Shown: one piece after another, positions 6,988 to 20,007 of the stretch | Numbering within the stretch: the first letter of the stretch is position 1 | Layout of the letters: each line of letters opens with the position of its first letter | From: Myxococcota bacterium | GTDB taxonomy: Bacteria > Myxococcota_A > UBA9160 > DASRUS01 | Direction: 5' to 3' | DNA: 34,099 bases | Assembly (NCBI GenBank): GCA_039714895.1 | Contig: JBDLIK010000001.1 | Coordinates: 1-34,099, forward strand | Position numbers and translations under genes: made by a program | Notes under the pieces: model-generated | The model's input: the letters and a program-made list of their open reading frames with translations, nothing else | The model's database searches: none | Told to the model about the DNA's origin: nothing

Positions 6988-8267
6988 GACGAGCCCTCTT
7001 CGGAGGAGCGCACGCCGGTCTCGAAGCTCCGCAGCACGCCGCGCAGCTCCTCGGCCACGTCGGTGAGCGAGTCCACCGAACCCACCGTGTCGGACATGAC
7101 TGCGGTCTGGGCGCGGGAGGTGCCCGCGACCTCGTCGACGCTGCGGGCATTGCGGGCACCGAGCTTCGAGATCTCCTCCATCGAGCTCACGATCCGCTCG
7201 GCGTCCCGGGCCTGGGTGTCGGCCCCCTGAAAGATCTCCTCGGCTCGATTCGAAGCCTCGCCCACGGCGGCCCGGATCTGCTCGAGGGACAGCGCGATGG
7301 TGTTCACGTCCTCGCGTCCTTCGCTGATCACCTGGCTCGACTCGCGCATTTCGTCGGCCACCTCGTGGGTCTCGGCCTGGATCTGGTGGATCAGCTTGGA
7401 GATCTCCTCGGCGCTGCGCCCCGCGCTCTCGGCCAGCTTGCGGATCTCGTCCGCGACCACGGAGAAGCCCCGCCCCGCTTCGCCGGCCCGAGCCGCCTCG
7501 ATGGAAGCGTTCAGGGAGAGCAGGTTCGTGCGCTGCGCGACGCTGGTGATCATCTCGGTGATCTGATGCACGTGGCTGGTCTTGTGCTCGAGCTCGAAGA
7601 CCTTCTCGCCGGTCTGCTCGATGCGTTCGAAGACGCTCTTCATCTTCTCGATGGCGAGCTTCGAGACGTCGACACCGGAGTTGGCCTTCTGGTTGGCCTC
7701 TGCGGCGAAGCCGAAGGCCTCCCGGGCCCGGTCGGCGTTCCGCTCGGTGGCGCCGGCGATCTCGTGGATGAGCTTGGAGACGCCCTGGAGCAGCTCCTGC
7801 TGGTGAGCGGCACCCCGGGCCACCTCGGCCACCGTGCCCGAGATGTCCTCGTTGCCCTGGCGGGCGACCTGCATGGAGCGGGCCAGGCCCTGGGCCGAGC
7901 CGGACAGGCGATCGCTGGTGCGCTGGACCTGGGCGAGGAGCTCCCGGAGGCTCGCCAGCATGCCGCGGATGCTGTGGGCCAGCTCGATGCTCTCGTCGGA
8001 GAGCAGCGGCCGTTCCGGCACCTCGACCCGGGCAGTGAGGTCCCCGCCCTGGATCGACTGGGTGACGGAGAGCAGCGTCTGGTAGTTGCGCGAGATCTGG
8101 CGCGAGAGGAAGTAGCCGAGACCCCCGCCGGCCCCGAGGGCGACGAAGGGTGCGACCCAGGGCGACACCGCAAAGCCAGCGGCCTGCACGATGGAGGGAA
8201 AGCTGACGGCCGCCCCCGCCACCACGAGGGAGCCCGCGATGAACTTGTGCGAAAGGGAGAGATGCAC
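6984..8267 (-). CDS. Methyl-accepting chemotaxis protein: TM hairpin + HAMP + signalling domain, with no periplasmic sensor domain
   Basis: This is the C-terminal 427 codons of ORF 6984..9302. It has the highly conserved MCP tip [41 protein letters not shown]. Two hydrophobic segments are separated by about 9 residues and are followed by a HAMP-like region. The GTG at 8267 is the only start between the thiL stop (8309) and TM1. Confidence 0.85.
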   Translation of the reverse strand: MHLSLSHKFIAGSLVVAGAAVSFPSIVQAAGFAVSPWVAPFVALGAGGGLGYFLSRQISRNYQTLLSVTQSIQGGDLTARVEVPERPLLSDESIELAHSIRGMLASLRELLAQVQRTSDRLSGSAQGLARSMQVARQGNEDISGTVAEVARGAAHQQELLQGVSKLIHEIAGATERNADRAREAFGFAAEANQKANSGVDVSKLAIEKMKSVFERIEQTGEKVFELEHKTSHVHQITEMITSVAQRTNLLSLNASIEAARAGEAGRGFSVVADEIRKLAESAGRSAEEISKLIHQIQAETHEVADEMRESSQVISEGREDVNTIALSLEQIRAAVGEASNRAEEIFQGADTQARDAERIVSSMEEISKLGARNARSVDEVAGTSRAQTAVMSDTVGSVDSLTDVAEELRGVLRSFETGVRSSEEGSS

Positions 8268-8308
8268 GCCCAGCGTATCGGCCCGGATCCCGCCGGTCTG
8301 TAATGGCG

Positions 8309-9274
8309 CTAGAAGTGGCGCCAGCCGGAGGTGCGGGGCTGGAGCCAGCCCGAGGCGGTCCGCACCCGCAACCCCCTGGGGGTGACCACGCCGACCTGGG
8401 CGACCGGAGCCCCCAGGCGTCGTGCCAGCGTCACCCCCGAGGGCCCTCGCGGCCGCAGGGTGAACAGCAGCTCGTAGTCCTCTCCCCCGGCCAGCAACAG
8501 CCGGGCCGGATCGAGCCCCAGCTCCAGACAGGCCTGGGGGAAGCCCCGCGGCCGCGGCACGCGACCCAGGTCCAGGTCCGCGCCCACGCCCGAGGCCGTG
8601 AGCACGTGGCCCAGGTCGGCCAACAGGCCGTCGGAGACGTCGATGCAGGCCCCGACGCTGGCCAGGCCCCCAAGTGCGCGGCCCGCGGCGATCCGGGACT
8701 CGGGAACACTCCGGATCCGGCCCCGACGCCGCTCCGCCCGGGCACGCTCGAGCGCCGAACGCCCCAGGACTCCGGTGACGAGGATGCGGTCCCCGCTCCG
8801 CGCGCGGCTGCGCGAGAGCGCCCGCCGGGATGCCACACTCCCGGCGGCGGTGACCGAGAACGAGGTCCGGTCCGCCCGGGCGACGTTGCCTCCCACCAGA
8901 GGGCAGCCGAGGCGTCGGCCGTCGTCGACGAGGCCCCGCACGGCTCCGAGCAGCCGAGCCACCGGCAGCGCCGGTGGGACCTGAACCGACAGCAGGCAGC
9001 CGCGCGCCCGAGCCCCGGTGGCCGCCAGGTCCGAGAGGCTCGCCGCCAGCAGACGTCGACCCAGCACCCGCGGCGGCATGCTGCGCCAGCGGAAGTGCAC
9101 GTCCTCCACCATCGCGTCGGTGGTGAGCACCAGATCCTCTCCGGCGCGAGCGCGAAGGATCGCGGCGTCCTCCCCGATGCCCCGGGCCACCCAGCGCGCA
9201 GCCGCCTCTCCGGGCTGGGCGAGGCGCGCGATGCGCTCGATCAGTCCGAACTCTCCCACGTCCCGCACCCGCAT
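8309..9274 (-). CDS. thiL: Thiamine-monophosphate kinase ThiL
   Basis: 321 aa: [61 protein letters not shown] (AIR-synthase-related fold, ThiL pattern). Confidence 0.9.
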   Translation of the reverse strand: MRVRDVGEFGLIERIARLAQPGEAAARWVARGIGEDAAILRARAGEDLVLTTDAMVEDVHFRWRSMPPRVLGRRLLAASLSDLAATGARARGCLLSVQVPPALPVARLLGAVRGLVDDGRRLGCPLVGGNVARADRTSFSVTAAGSVASRRALSRSRARSGDRILVTGVLGRSALERARAERRRGRIRSVPESRIAAGRALGGLASVGACIDVSDGLLADLGHVLTASGVGADLDLGRVPRPRGFPQACLELGLDPARLLLAGGEDYELLFTLRPRGPSGVTLARRLGAPVAQVGVVTPRGLRVRTASGWLQPRTSGWRHF

Positions 9275-9380
9275 GGCCGCCCAGCCTATCAGCTCCTATC
9301 ACTCTTGCGGAGTGTCAAGATGGGGGAGGCAAGCGCCGACAGGCGCGCGCAGTGAGCCGAAGGCGAACGAAGCCTGTGGT

Positions 9381-9403
9381 GCCTGCGGGCTTCGCCCGCA
9401 GGC
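9381..9403. terminator. Hairpin 11 nt downstream of the lon stop (candidate terminator, same core as 1458 and 3904)
   Basis: gcctgcgggc (9381-9390), ttc, gcccgcaggc (9394-9403): a 10-bp perfect stem. On the minus strand it is followed by a modestly T-containing stretch. Confidence 0.5.
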
Positions 9404-9414
9404 GGACCCACAAA

Positions 9415-11811
9415 TCAACGAGCGACGACTCGGGCGGGACGCGGGGGACGCGAGGACGGTGCCGTGCTGGCACGCGGCAAGCGGGCTGTCAACGCCGCCT
9501 CGAGCACCTCGTCCATGTGGCGGACGGGCACGAGGCGCACCCGACGCTTGAGCTCCTGGGGCACCTCATCGAGGTCGGCGAGGTTTCGATGCGGGAGGAT
9601 CACGGTGCGGATCCCAGCGCGCAGGGCGGCGAGCGCCTTCTCACGCACGCCCCCGACGGCCAGCACGCGCCCACGCAGGGTGATCTCGCCGGTCATCGCG
9701 ACGTCCGGCCGCACGGCGACCCCGGTGGCCAGGGATACCAGGGCGGTGGCGATGGCTACGCCCGCCGAGGGCCCGTCCTTCGGAATGGCGCCCGCCGGAA
9801 TGTGGAGATGGACCTGGTGGCGAGAGAACACCGAGTCGTCGAGTCCGAGCTCGCACAGACGCCAGAGGACGAAGGTGTGGGCCGCATGGCCGGACTCCTT
9901 CATCACGTCTCCGAGCTGGCCGGTGAGCACCAGGCCGCGACCCCGCGTGAGGGCGGCCTCCAGGCGCAGCACTTCTCCCCCGGCCTCGGTCCAGGCGAGG
10001 CCGTGGGTGGCGCCCACCTCCCCCACCCGCGGCAGGTCTTCGCTGACGTGATGCGGGGGGCCCAGGTAGGTGCCGAGGTTCCGCTGGCTCACCGAGAAGC
10101 CGCTCTCGTCCCCTTCCGCGGCCCGGCGCGCGACCTTGCGGCACACCGCGGCGATCTGCCTCTCGAGATTCCGCACCCCGGCCTCGTGGGTGTAGTCGGT
10201 CACCGCGCGACGGACGGCCGCACAGGACCAGCGGATGCGCGACGGCTGGAGTCCGTTCTCCTGGATCTGGCGGGGGATCAGGAAGGAACGCGCGATCTCG
10301 ATCTTCTCCTCCGGCGTGTAGCCCGAGAGCCGGATCACCTCCATGCGGTCCTGCAGCGGCCGGGGGATCGGATCGAGCAGGTTCGCGGTGGCGATGAAGA
10401 AGACCCCGGAGAGGTCGAAGGGGACGTTGAGGAAGTGATCGCTGAAGCGCGCGTTCTGCTCGGGATCCAGCACCTCGAGGAGCGCTGCCGAGGGGTCGCC
10501 GCGGAAGTCGCTGCCGATCTTGTCGATCTCGTCGAGCATGAAGACCGGATTGCAGGTTCCCGCCTGCTTGAGCCCCTGGATGATCCGGCCGGGCATGGCT
10601 CCCACATAGGTGCGCCGATGGCCGCGGATCTCGGCCTCGTCGCGGACCCCGCCCAGCGAGATGCGAACGAACTCGCGCCCCATGGCCCGGGCGATGGAGC
10701 GCCCCAGGGAGGTCTTGCCCACGCCCGGGGGCCCCACGAAGCAGAGGATGGGACCCTTGGAATCGGAGCGCAGCTTTCGCACCCCGAGGAACTCGAGGAT
10801 GCGGTCCTTGATGCCCGAGAGGTGAGCGTGGTCGCCGTCCAGGATGGTCCGCGCGTTCTTGAGGTCGAGCCGATCCGGCGAGGTGCGAGCCCAGGGCAGC
10901 TCCACCACCCAGTCGAGATAGCCGCGCACCACCTGGGCCTCGGGCCCATCGGGGTGCATGCGCTCCAGGCGGCGCAGCTGCCGCAGCGCTTCGGCCTGCG
11001 CCTCCTCGGGCAACGCCGCCTCCTCGATCTTGAGGCGGTACTCGTCGAGCTCCTCGACCCGGGGGTCCACCTCGCCGAGCTCGACCTGGATGGCCCGAAG
11101 CTGCTCACGAAGGAAGTGCTCGCGCTGTCCGCGCGTCATCTCCTCCTTGGCCTGGGACTGGATCTGCGCCTGCACGCTGCTCACCTCGAGCTCGCGGCGC
11201 AGGACGGCGTCCACCCGGCGCAGACGCGCGATGGGCTCGAGGGTCTCCAGCACTTCCTGGGCATCCGCCAGGCGGAGCCGCAGATGCGAGGCCACCAGGT
11301 CCGCCAGGCGGCCGGGCTCCTCGACGTTCGCGGTCACCGAGATCACCTCGGGCGGCAGGTTCTTGAGGGGCAGGAGCTCCTCCACCCGGCCTCGCACCGT
11401 GCGCATCAGCGCTTCGGCCTCGACGCACCATTCGTGATCCTCGTCTGCGGGCAGGGCCGAGACCCGGCCCCAGGAGCTCGGCTCCTGGTCGACGAAGCTC
11501 TCGATGCGCGCCTTGGTGAGGCCCTGCACCAACGCCTTCACGCGGCCATCGGGAAGGCGCAAGGTGCGCATGACCATGGCCACCGTGCCCACTCGATAGA
11601 GGTCATCCGGTCCGGGCTCTTCGATCTCCGGATTGCGTTGGGCGACGAGGAGCAGCAGGCGGTCCGAGGAGAGTGCGTCTTCGAGGGCGGCGATGGATCG
11701 CGCGCGACCGACGAAGAGCGGCACCACCATGTACGGAAAGACGACCAGCTCCCGCAGTGGAAGCAGCGGCAGCTCGTCGGGAACTTCGAAGCCCGCGTCC
11801 TCTTGAGTCAC
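9415..11811 (-). CDS. lon: ATP-dependent protease Lon (endopeptidase La)
   Basis: ORF 9415..12081 trimmed to the GTG at 11811, giving (M)TQEDAGFEVPDELPLLPLRELVVFPYMVVPLFVGR. It has Walker A GPPGVGKTS and the protease motif PKDGPSAG. A TTG at 11865 is an alternative start. Codons further upstream overlap the lipoprotein gene. Confidence 0.95.
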   Translation of the reverse strand: MTQEDAGFEVPDELPLLPLRELVVFPYMVVPLFVGRARSIAALEDALSSDRLLLLVAQRNPEIEEPGPDDLYRVGTVAMVMRTLRLPDGRVKALVQGLTKARIESFVDQEPSSWGRVSALPADEDHEWCVEAEALMRTVRGRVEELLPLKNLPPEVISVTANVEEPGRLADLVASHLRLRLADAQEVLETLEPIARLRRVDAVLRRELEVSSVQAQIQSQAKEEMTRGQREHFLREQLRAIQVELGEVDPRVEELDEYRLKIEEAALPEEAQAEALRQLRRLERMHPDGPEAQVVRGYLDWVVELPWARTSPDRLDLKNARTILDGDHAHLSGIKDRILEFLGVRKLRSDSKGPILCFVGPPGVGKTSLGRSIARAMGREFVRISLGGVRDEAEIRGHRRTYVGAMPGRIIQGLKQAGTCNPVFMLDEIDKIGSDFRGDPSAALLEVLDPEQNARFSDHFLNVPFDLSGVFFIATANLLDPIPRPLQDRMEVIRLSGYTPEEKIEIARSFLIPRQIQENGLQPSRIRWSCAAVRRAVTDYTHEAGVRNLERQIAAVCRKVARRAAEGDESGFSVSQRNLGTYLGPPHHVSEDLPRVGEVGATHGLAWTEAGGEVLRLEAALTRGRGLVLTGQLGDVMKESGHAAHTFVLWRLCELGLDDSVFSRHQVHLHIPAGAIPKDGPSAGVAIATALVSLATGVAVRPDVAMTGEITLRGRVLAVGGVREKALAALRAGIRTVILPHRNLADLDEVPQELKRRVRLVPVRHMDEVLEAALTARLPRASTAPSSRPPRPARVVAR

Positions 11812-11915
11812 CGGTCGTGTTTCGACGCGGCGACTCGACGACTTGAGCCAACGCCCGGTGCGCAATTGCCAACTCGCCGACGGACGGCGTAGCGTCCGAG
11901 CGACGGGGAGAGCGG

Positions 11916-13982
11916 CTACTGAAGGGTGGTGATGGTGCCGCCCTCGACCACGAGAAGGTGGGGGCGTCTCACCGCGTTGCCATCGTTGTCGATGGAGAAG
12001 ACGCCCGAGGCGCCCGCCTGGTTGTCGAGACCCAGCAGCCCCTCCTGCACCTCTTCCCGCGAGTCCGACCCGTCGATCCACTGGGCGAGGACCAGCGCGG
12101 CGGCGTCGTAGGCCTGGGCTGCGAAGCCGTCGGGTGCCCTGCCGAAGGTGGCCTGGAAGCGTCGGGCGAAGTCCTCGTGGAAGGGATGTCCCCCCGCGCC
12201 CGCCAGGGCAGCGGTGAACACCGCTCCCTCCACGTGCTTCTGGCCGATCCGCACGAGATCCGGGTGGTTCCAGCCGTTGGTGCCGAACAGCGTCACCCCC
12301 GTCACACCGTGGAACGCCAGCTGGGGAGCGATCAGCACCACGTTCTCGTGCGAGTCCGGCACGAAGAGCACGTCGAAGTCCACCACGGGCGGCAGCGGAC
12401 TGCCGTCAGGAGCCACCAGCGCCGCCGCCTCCTCTCGAAGCTTGCGGGCCTTCTCGGGCTGGAAGCGCCTGGCGCGGGCGAGCAGCCGGTCGCGCTGGGC
12501 GATGATCGCCTTCTCCTCCGGAGTGAGGAAGCCGAAGCCCACCAGCTGTCGGATGGCCTGGGAGAAGTCCGTGGCGTCCGGGTCGTAGCTGGCCACCCCC
12601 ACGACCTCGCCGCCCTGCTCCTCCACCGCGTCCCAGAAGAGCGCGCGGAGGGTGCGTCCGTAGCGATCGCGCGGATACAGGATCGCGCAGCGCCGCGCGC
12701 CCTGGTCCAGGGCATGCTGGGCCAGCAGGCGCGCCTCGTCCTCGGGTGCCAATCCCAGGCGGAACTCCCAGCGGTTGTCGCCGGAATCCGGGACCCGGCG
12801 GGACAGGGCCAGCAGCGGCACCCCCTCCTGGCGCGCGGCCCCCGCCGCGCCCTCGGTTTCGCGCAGCGCCAGGGGACCCACGATGGCCGTCACGTCGTCG
12901 TCCCGGGCCAGATCGAGGACGGCCCGTTCGGCCCCGGCGGCGCTGCTCTGGGTGTCGCGCACCCGCACGCGGAGCCCGGCCGGTCCGGAGGAAGCGTCGG
13001 CATCCAGGATGCCGGTGGCCAGCAGGATTCCCTGGAGTGACTCCTCGCCGAAGGACGCGTAGTCGCCCGAGAGGGGCAAGGCGACCCCGAGCACGCCCTG
13101 GGCGCGGCTCGGATCCGATACGAGGGGACGCCGGAGATCGGCGAAGGCCGGCGGCAGGGAGAAGGTGGGCTCGGGCTGACGCAGGCCCAGCCGCACCTCG
13201 AGCGCCCGCAGGCGATCCTCGTCCGCCGGGCGGGTGGGAAGACCGCGCGCCTGGCGCAGCTCGTCCCGCGCTCCGTCGAGATCGCCCCCACCCACCAGCA
13301 TCTCCACGAGCCGCAGCCGCAACCGCATCGAGATCGCGCCGTCCCGGAGCTGCTCCGCCGAGCGTGCCAGCTGGGTGCGGCGCATGCGGTCCACCACGCC
13401 GTCGATCTCGGCGTCCACCGCCTGCCGCTCCTCGTCATCGGGAGCATGCTCGTAGAGCTGGGAGAGCCAGAAGAGCTGGGTGACCGGGTCGCCGGTCTCC
13501 CCCGCCAGGTCCGCCAGCAGACGCTCCACCCGGAGGCGGTCGGTCTTCGAGAGACGGGAGAGCTGGATGGCCCCGGCCGTGCGCCGCGCGGCCTCGGGCT
13601 GCCCCGCCGCGCGCTGGAGCCCGGCCAGCCGGTAGCGCGCCTTGTCGGTCTGATCGCCGGGCGGCAGGGTCTCCGTCACCTGCAGCAGGACGCGCTGGGC
13701 GCCCGCCTTGTCACCCTGCTCGAGCAGGATGGCCGCCAGCGTCACCCCCGCGTCGTCCGCCAACGGGCTGCGGGGCCAGGTGGAGAGAAAGCGCTCGAGC
13801 ACGGCGATGGCTCCGGCGGGATCGGTCTCCTGGATCGCCAGGGCCTGGCGGTAGGCCTGACGCTCCTCCTGGCGAGCCCGCCCCGGCCCCAGGGCCGACT
13901 GACAGCTCACCAGCACCAGCAGCGCGAGCCAGGCAAGAGCCGCCGCACCCCCCACGGTCCGTCGCTCAGTCGAAGAGATCAC
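11916..13982 (-). CDS. Lipoprotein with an N-terminal TPR-like region and a C-terminal type-I periplasmic-binding-fold (LpoA/LppC- or Leu/Ile/Val-binding-like) domain
   Basis: 688 aa. The signal peptide carries a lipobox (LLVLVSC). A helical repeat region follows, and the C-terminal half has periplasmic-binding-protein features ([32 protein letters not shown]). It overlaps the dnaJ stop by 17 nt. Confidence 0.75.
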   Translation of the reverse strand: MISSTERRTVGGAAALAWLALLVLVSCQSALGPGRARQEERQAYRQALAIQETDPAGAIAVLERFLSTWPRSPLADDAGVTLAAILLEQGDKAGAQRVLLQVTETLPPGDQTDKARYRLAGLQRAAGQPEAARRTAGAIQLSRLSKTDRLRVERLLADLAGETGDPVTQLFWLSQLYEHAPDDEERQAVDAEIDGVVDRMRRTQLARSAEQLRDGAISMRLRLRLVEMLVGGGDLDGARDELRQARGLPTRPADEDRLRALEVRLGLRQPEPTFSLPPAFADLRRPLVSDPSRAQGVLGVALPLSGDYASFGEESLQGILLATGILDADASSGPAGLRVRVRDTQSSAAGAERAVLDLARDDDVTAIVGPLALRETEGAAGAARQEGVPLLALSRRVPDSGDNRWEFRLGLAPEDEARLLAQHALDQGARRCAILYPRDRYGRTLRALFWDAVEEQGGEVVGVASYDPDATDFSQAIRQLVGFGFLTPEEKAIIAQRDRLLARARRFQPEKARKLREEAAALVAPDGSPLPPVVDFDVLFVPDSHENVVLIAPQLAFHGVTGVTLFGTNGWNHPDLVRIGQKHVEGAVFTAALAGAGGHPFHEDFARRFQATFGRAPDGFAAQAYDAAALVLAQWIDGSDSREEVQEGLLGLDNQAGASGVFSIDNDGNAVRRPHLLVVEGGTITTLQ

Positions 13983-15087
13983 GCAACTTCTCCAGGAAGC
14001 CCCGGGTCACCGGGGAGACCTCGTTTCCGCTCTCGAGCGCGAACTGCTCGAGGAGCTCTCGTTGACGATCCGTCAGCTTGGTGGGGATCTCGACGAAGAT
14101 GCGCACGAAGTGGTCGCCGCGGTGGGTGGCGCCGAGGGTGGGGAACCCGCGACCGCGCAGCCGGATGACCTTGCCCGACTGCGTGCCCTCGGCGATGCGC
14201 ACGCCGACCTTTCCCTCCAACGTGGGGACCTCGACCTCCGCGCCCAGGGCGGCCTGGTAGAACGGGATCGGAACCTCGCAGTGGATGTCGGAGCCGTCCC
14301 GCTCGAAGAGGGGATGGGGCGGCACGCTGACCACGACGTAGAGATCTCCCGGCGGCCCTCCCGAGATGCCCGCCTCGCCCTCGCCGGCCAACCGCAGGCG
14401 CATGCCATCCTCCACCCCGGCCGGCACCCGGACCCGGATGGTCTGCTGGCCCTGGGTGCGTCCGGCGCCGCGGCAGTCGGGGCAACGATCGGGAACCACC
14501 TCGCCCTCCCCGCCGCAGGCATCACAGGGACGGCTGATGCGGAAGAAGCCCTGCTGCAGCACCATCTGGCCCGTGCCGCGACAGCGCTCGCAGAGCCGCG
14601 GCGAGGTGCCCGGGCGTGCACCGGAGCCGCTGCAGGTTTCGCAGGGGCGCATCTTCGGGATCTCGATGCGGACGTCGACACCCTCGAGCACCTGGGCGAA
14701 CTCGATCTCGAGGTTGTATCGGAGATCGGCCCCGCGCTGGCCGCGGCCGCGCCGACGCGCGCCCGGGCGGGCGCCGCCGAAGAGGTCCCCGAACAGGTCG
14801 TTGAAGAGGTCGCCGAAGTTTCCGAGATCGCCGAAGTCCTGGAATCCGCCGGGGCCGCCGGCTCCCACGCCGTCGAACCCGAAGCGATCGTAGGCGCGAC
14901 GCTTCTCGGGATCCGAGAGCACGGCGTAGGCCTCCGAGGCTTCCTTGAAGCGGTCCTCGGCCTTCGGATCGTCCGGATTCCGGTCCGGGTGGAACTGGAG
15001 CGCGAGCCGGCGGTAGGCCGTCTTGAGCTCGTCGTCGTCGGAGCTCCGGGAGACCCCGAGGATCTCGTAATAATCGCGCTTCGCCAA
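13966..15087 (-). CDS. dnaJ: Molecular chaperone DnaJ
   Basis: J-domain (DYYEILGV ... HPDRN), a G/F region and four CxxCxGxG zinc-finger repeats. Confidence 0.95.
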   Translation of the reverse strand: MAKRDYYEILGVSRSSDDDELKTAYRRLALQFHPDRNPDDPKAEDRFKEASEAYAVLSDPEKRRAYDRFGFDGVGAGGPGGFQDFGDLGNFGDLFNDLFGDLFGGARPGARRRGRGQRGADLRYNLEIEFAQVLEGVDVRIEIPKMRPCETCSGSGARPGTSPRLCERCRGTGQMVLQQGFFRISRPCDACGGEGEVVPDRCPDCRGAGRTQGQQTIRVRVPAGVEDGMRLRLAGEGEAGISGGPPGDLYVVVSVPPHPLFERDGSDIHCEVPIPFYQAALGAEVEVPTLEGKVGVRIAEGTQSGKVIRLRGRGFPTLGATHRGDHFVRIFVEIPTKLTDRQRELLEQFALESGNEVSPVTRGFLEKLRDLFD

Positions 15088-15126
15088 TGGGTTCGAGCCT
15101 TCGGGGGTTGGGGAGACGCTTGGCCG

Positions 15127-16950
<1,824 letters not shown>

Positions 16951-16989
16951 GCGACGACCACTCCTGCGGCCGTCGGGGGGAAACGGCCT

Positions 16990-17688
16990 CTATGACTTCT
17001 CGGGTTCACCCTCCGACGCCTGCCCCTGGGGTCCCTGGGCGTCGGCGGGTCGCTTGGATACCACCACCCGGGCCGGGCGAAGCAGACGATCGCGCAGCGA
17101 GTACCCACGCTGCAGCACCTGCACCACCGCGCCCTCGGGGGCCTGTTCGTCCTCCACTTGTGCCATCGCCTCGTGCAGAGAGGGATCGAAGCGCTCGCCC
17201 TCCGCCCGAATCACGCTCAGTCCATGCTTGGCCAGGCTCGCCAGGAGCTCCCGTTCCACCAGCTCCACACCCCGCAAGAGCCCTTCCAAGTCCGTGGCTT
17301 CGCTGTCTCGAGCGTGCTCGATGGCACGGGCGAGATTATCGACCGTTGGGAGGAGGTCCTTGACGAGATTCTGATGCCCGAACTGGTGCGCTTCCTCCCG
17401 CTCGCGCAGGGCGCGGCGCCGGAAGTTCTCGAAGTCTGCCGCGAGGCGGACGTAGCGGTCGGTGAGGGCGGCGAGCTCCTCCTGGGTCCCCCCCGTCGTC
17501 CCCTCGGGGCTTTCGCTCTGCGGGGCAGCGGCGTCGCTCCGCTGGGCCTCGATGGCGTCGGCGGCCTCGCGCATGGCCTGCTCGAGCTCCGCGCTGGGAG
17601 CCAGGGAGCCCTCGGAGGGCTCCTCGACCAGGGACTCCCATCCTTCGGACGCCTCTTCCGGCTTCCCCTTCCGCTTGTCGTGGATCAC
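16990..17688 (-). CDS. grpE: Nucleotide exchange factor GrpE
   Basis: RLAADFENFRRR, LLPTVDNLARA and a GrpE-type C-terminal beta domain. It has a 4-nt overlap with the hrcA stop. Confidence 0.95.
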   Translation of the reverse strand: MIHDKRKGKPEEASEGWESLVEEPSEGSLAPSAELEQAMREAADAIEAQRSDAAAPQSESPEGTTGGTQEELAALTDRYVRLAADFENFRRRALREREEAHQFGHQNLVKDLLPTVDNLARAIEHARDSEATDLEGLLRGVELVERELLASLAKHGLSVIRAEGERFDPSLHEAMAQVEDEQAPEGAVVQVLQRGYSLRDRLLRPARVVVSKRPADAQGPQGQASEGEPEKS

Positions 17689-18743
17689 TCGGCGATTCTT
17701 TCCGTCACCAGTGTGGAAAGGAATCCCACCAGGGGAATGACCCGCGCATAGTCCATCCGGCGCGGCCCGATGACGCCGAGCACGCCCAGGGGAGCCCTCT
17801 CGCCTCCGTAGGGCGCGGCGACCAGGGCACAGTGGCGCAGGGAGGGCTCACCCACCTCCTCGCCGAATGCCACGCGCACACCGCCGGCCGCCAGCATCTC
17901 GTCCAGGATGGCGAGCAGGCGCTCCTGGGTCTCGACCGCCTCGAGGAGTTGGCGGATGCGATCGAGGTCGTGGAACTCGGGCTGCTCGAGCAGCGCCAGC
18001 CAGCTCGCCACCACCAGTCCGTCGGGGTCGGAATCGGGTTCCGCAGCCATGGCCCGCGAGGCGACCGCAACGGCGCGGCCCAGCAGCCGGTCCGCCTGGG
18101 TGCGCAGCTGCCGGGCCTCCCCGGCGAGCCAGTCCCGGATCTCCTCGAGGGTGTGGCCGGAGATGCGCTCGTTGAGCAGCGTGGCCATGCGCTCGAGCTC
18201 GGACTGGTCGGCGCTGCCGTCGTCGGCCACCACGCGCTGGGAGGCGGCGCCACTCTCGGTCACCAGCACCACCAGCAGGCGATGACTCGTGAGCCTCACC
18301 AGGCTCACCCGTCGCAGCACCACGCGCCGCAGACGAGGGACCACGACGAAGCCGAGCTGGCGAGTCCGGTCGGAGAGGATCTGGGACGCGGCCCGCATCA
18401 GGGCGCCGCCTCCGGTGTCCTCGAGGGTGCCGGCGAGGTCCCGCTTCTCGTAGGCACCGAGATCGCGCGGGTCGACGAGCTCGTCCACGAACAGCCGCAG
18501 CCCCCGCTCGGTGGGGACGCGGCCTGCTGAGGCGTGGGGCTGGTCGACGAAGCCCAGACTGGTGAGCTCGGCCATGGTGTTGCGGATGCTGGCCGACGAG
18601 AGTGCCACCGGCAGCAGATGAGAGAGGGTCGCCGAGCCCACCGGACTCGCCTCTCCGACGTAGGCCGTGATCATGGCGCGCAGCACCATGCGTTGGCGCT
18701 CGCCGAGCTGCGCCTCGTCCCGCTCGAACTCTCGATGCCCCAC
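17685..18743 (-). CDS. hrcA: Heat-inducible transcription repressor HrcA
   Basis: 352 aa: RQRMVLRAMITAYVGEASPVGS ... SSASIRNTMAELTSLGFVDQPHASAGRVPTERG. GTG start. Confidence 0.93.
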   Translation of the reverse strand: MGHREFERDEAQLGERQRMVLRAMITAYVGEASPVGSATLSHLLPVALSSASIRNTMAELTSLGFVDQPHASAGRVPTERGLRLFVDELVDPRDLGAYEKRDLAGTLEDTGGGALMRAASQILSDRTRQLGFVVVPRLRRVVLRRVSLVRLTSHRLLVVLVTESGAASQRVVADDGSADQSELERMATLLNERISGHTLEEIRDWLAGEARQLRTQADRLLGRAVAVASRAMAAEPDSDPDGLVVASWLALLEQPEFHDLDRIRQLLEAVETQERLLAILDEMLAAGGVRVAFGEEVGEPSLRHCALVAAPYGGERAPLGVLGVIGPRRMDYARVIPLVGFLSTLVTERIAE

Positions 18744-18764
18744 TGACCGAAAACCTCTGGAAAT

Positions 18765-18793
18765 TCAATAACTCAGCTGGTCGGAGGCGTCAA
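18765..18793 (-). promoter_or_regulatory. Weak candidate promoter for hrcA inside the 3' end of hemW
   Basis: On the minus strand: TTGACG (18793-18788), a 17-nt spacer, then TATTGA (18770-18765). It is followed by an AT-rich 29-nt gap before the hrcA GTG. This is a sequence match only. Confidence 0.2.
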
Positions 18794-19987
18794 CGTGGCG
18801 GGAGGGGTCACGAAGCGTTCGAACACGGAGTCGGAGACGAGACGGCCCGGGGGGGTCAGGCACAGGTCCCCGCCCGGGCGCTCCTCGAGCAGCCCGAGGT
18901 CGCGTACCTCGTCGATCACGGGCGCGAAGAAGCTGCGAGGGGATCCGCCGAACTCGCGCTCGAAGCGCACGGCGTCGAGGCCCTGCACCGTCCGCAGCGA
19001 CAGGAAGAGCGCCTCGCCGCGCGCCGTCGCCGGGTCGAGCACCTCGGGGGGGCCCTCCCGGGGGAGGTCGCCGCGCTGCAGCGGCTCGAGGTAGGCGGGC
19101 AGGGTGCGGAGGTTGCGACAGCGGGTGCCGTGGGCTGCGTCCGGGCCCGGGGGCTCGATGGTCCAGGCGCCCATGCCCAGCCCGAGCACCGGCCGACGCT
19201 CCCAGTAGCGACGGTTGTGCACCGACCTGCGCCCGGGGGTGGCGAAGCTCGAGATCTCGTAGCGGGCCAGTCCCGCCGCCTCGAGGCGGCACTCCACCTG
19301 CTCGAACATGCGCACGGCATCGTCCTCATCGGGCAGCGCCAGCTGTCCGCGGCGCGCGGCGAGCGCAAAGGGCGTGCCCGCCTCGACGCCGAGCTCGTAG
19401 GCCGAGACGTGCTCGGGTGCCGCAACCGCGATCTCCTCGAGATCGCGGTCGAGCTGCGCCAGGGTTGCGCCGGGCGCCGCGAAGATGAGGTCCAGGGAGA
19501 GGTTCGTGAAGCCGGCCGCGCGTGCGGCTCGAAGCGACTCGCGGGCTTCGTCGGCGGCATGGGCGCGGCCGAGCCGCTTGAGGATTCCGTCGTCGAAGGA
19601 CTGTACCCCCAGGGAGAGTCGGTTGACGCCGGCCTCCCGGAAGCCGGGCAGACGGCCACGTTCCAGGGTCCCGGGGTTCGCCTCGAGGGTGATCTCCACA
19701 CCGTCCGCCTGCGGGAACGCCTGGAGCGTTGCCTCCACCAGGCGCCGCACGGAGCCGGGCCGCAGCAGGGAAGGCGTCCCGCCCCCGAGGTAGAGACTCG
19801 CCAGCCTCCGGCCCTCGAGCCGCGGTGCGCGCAGGCGAAGCTCCGCGAGGAGCGCCTCGAGGTACTCTGCTTCGCGCTCGACCTCGAGCCGGCGGGCGGC
19901 CACCACCGCGAAGTCGCAGTACGGACAGATCCGTTCGCAGAAGGGCACGTGGACGTAGACGCCCACACTCCCGTCGTCGTCCAGCAC
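18773..19987 (-). CDS. hemW: Radical SAM heme chaperone HemW (HemN-like, oxygen-independent coproporphyrinogen oxidase family)
   Basis: VYVHVPFCERICPYCDF (CxxxCxxC), GGGTPSLL, HemN_C-like tail. The GTG at 19987 could be replaced by the GTG at 19966, giving (M)GVYVHVPFC. Confidence 0.9.
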   Translation of the reverse strand: MLDDDGSVGVYVHVPFCERICPYCDFAVVAARRLEVEREAEYLEALLAELRLRAPRLEGRRLASLYLGGGTPSLLRPGSVRRLVEATLQAFPQADGVEITLEANPGTLERGRLPGFREAGVNRLSLGVQSFDDGILKRLGRAHAADEARESLRAARAAGFTNLSLDLIFAAPGATLAQLDRDLEEIAVAAPEHVSAYELGVEAGTPFALAARRGQLALPDEDDAVRMFEQVECRLEAAGLARYEISSFATPGRRSVHNRRYWERRPVLGLGMGAWTIEPPGPDAAHGTRCRNLRTLPAYLEPLQRGDLPREGPPEVLDPATARGEALFLSLRTVQGLDAVRFEREFGGSPRSFFAPVIDEVRDLGLLEERPGGDLCLTPPGRLVSDSVFERFVTPPATLTPPTS

Positions 19988-20007
19988 CCCCCAAGGCTAC
20001 CCCTCGG

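Noticed and set aside
16951-16989. Stem-loop GGCCGT-N9-ACGGCC between grpE and dnaK as a regulatory element.
   Set aside because: It is a short 6-bp stem in a 39-nt spacer that also carries the dnaK RBS. Nothing distinguishes it from a chance GC-rich palindrome.
18744-20007. CIRCE operator (TTAGCACTC-N9-GAGTGCTAA) upstream of hrcA or hemW.
   Set aside because: I saw no GCACTC/GAGTGC pair in these spacers by eye. The isolated GCACTC at about 4535 lies inside the cheC-like coding sequence and has no partner.
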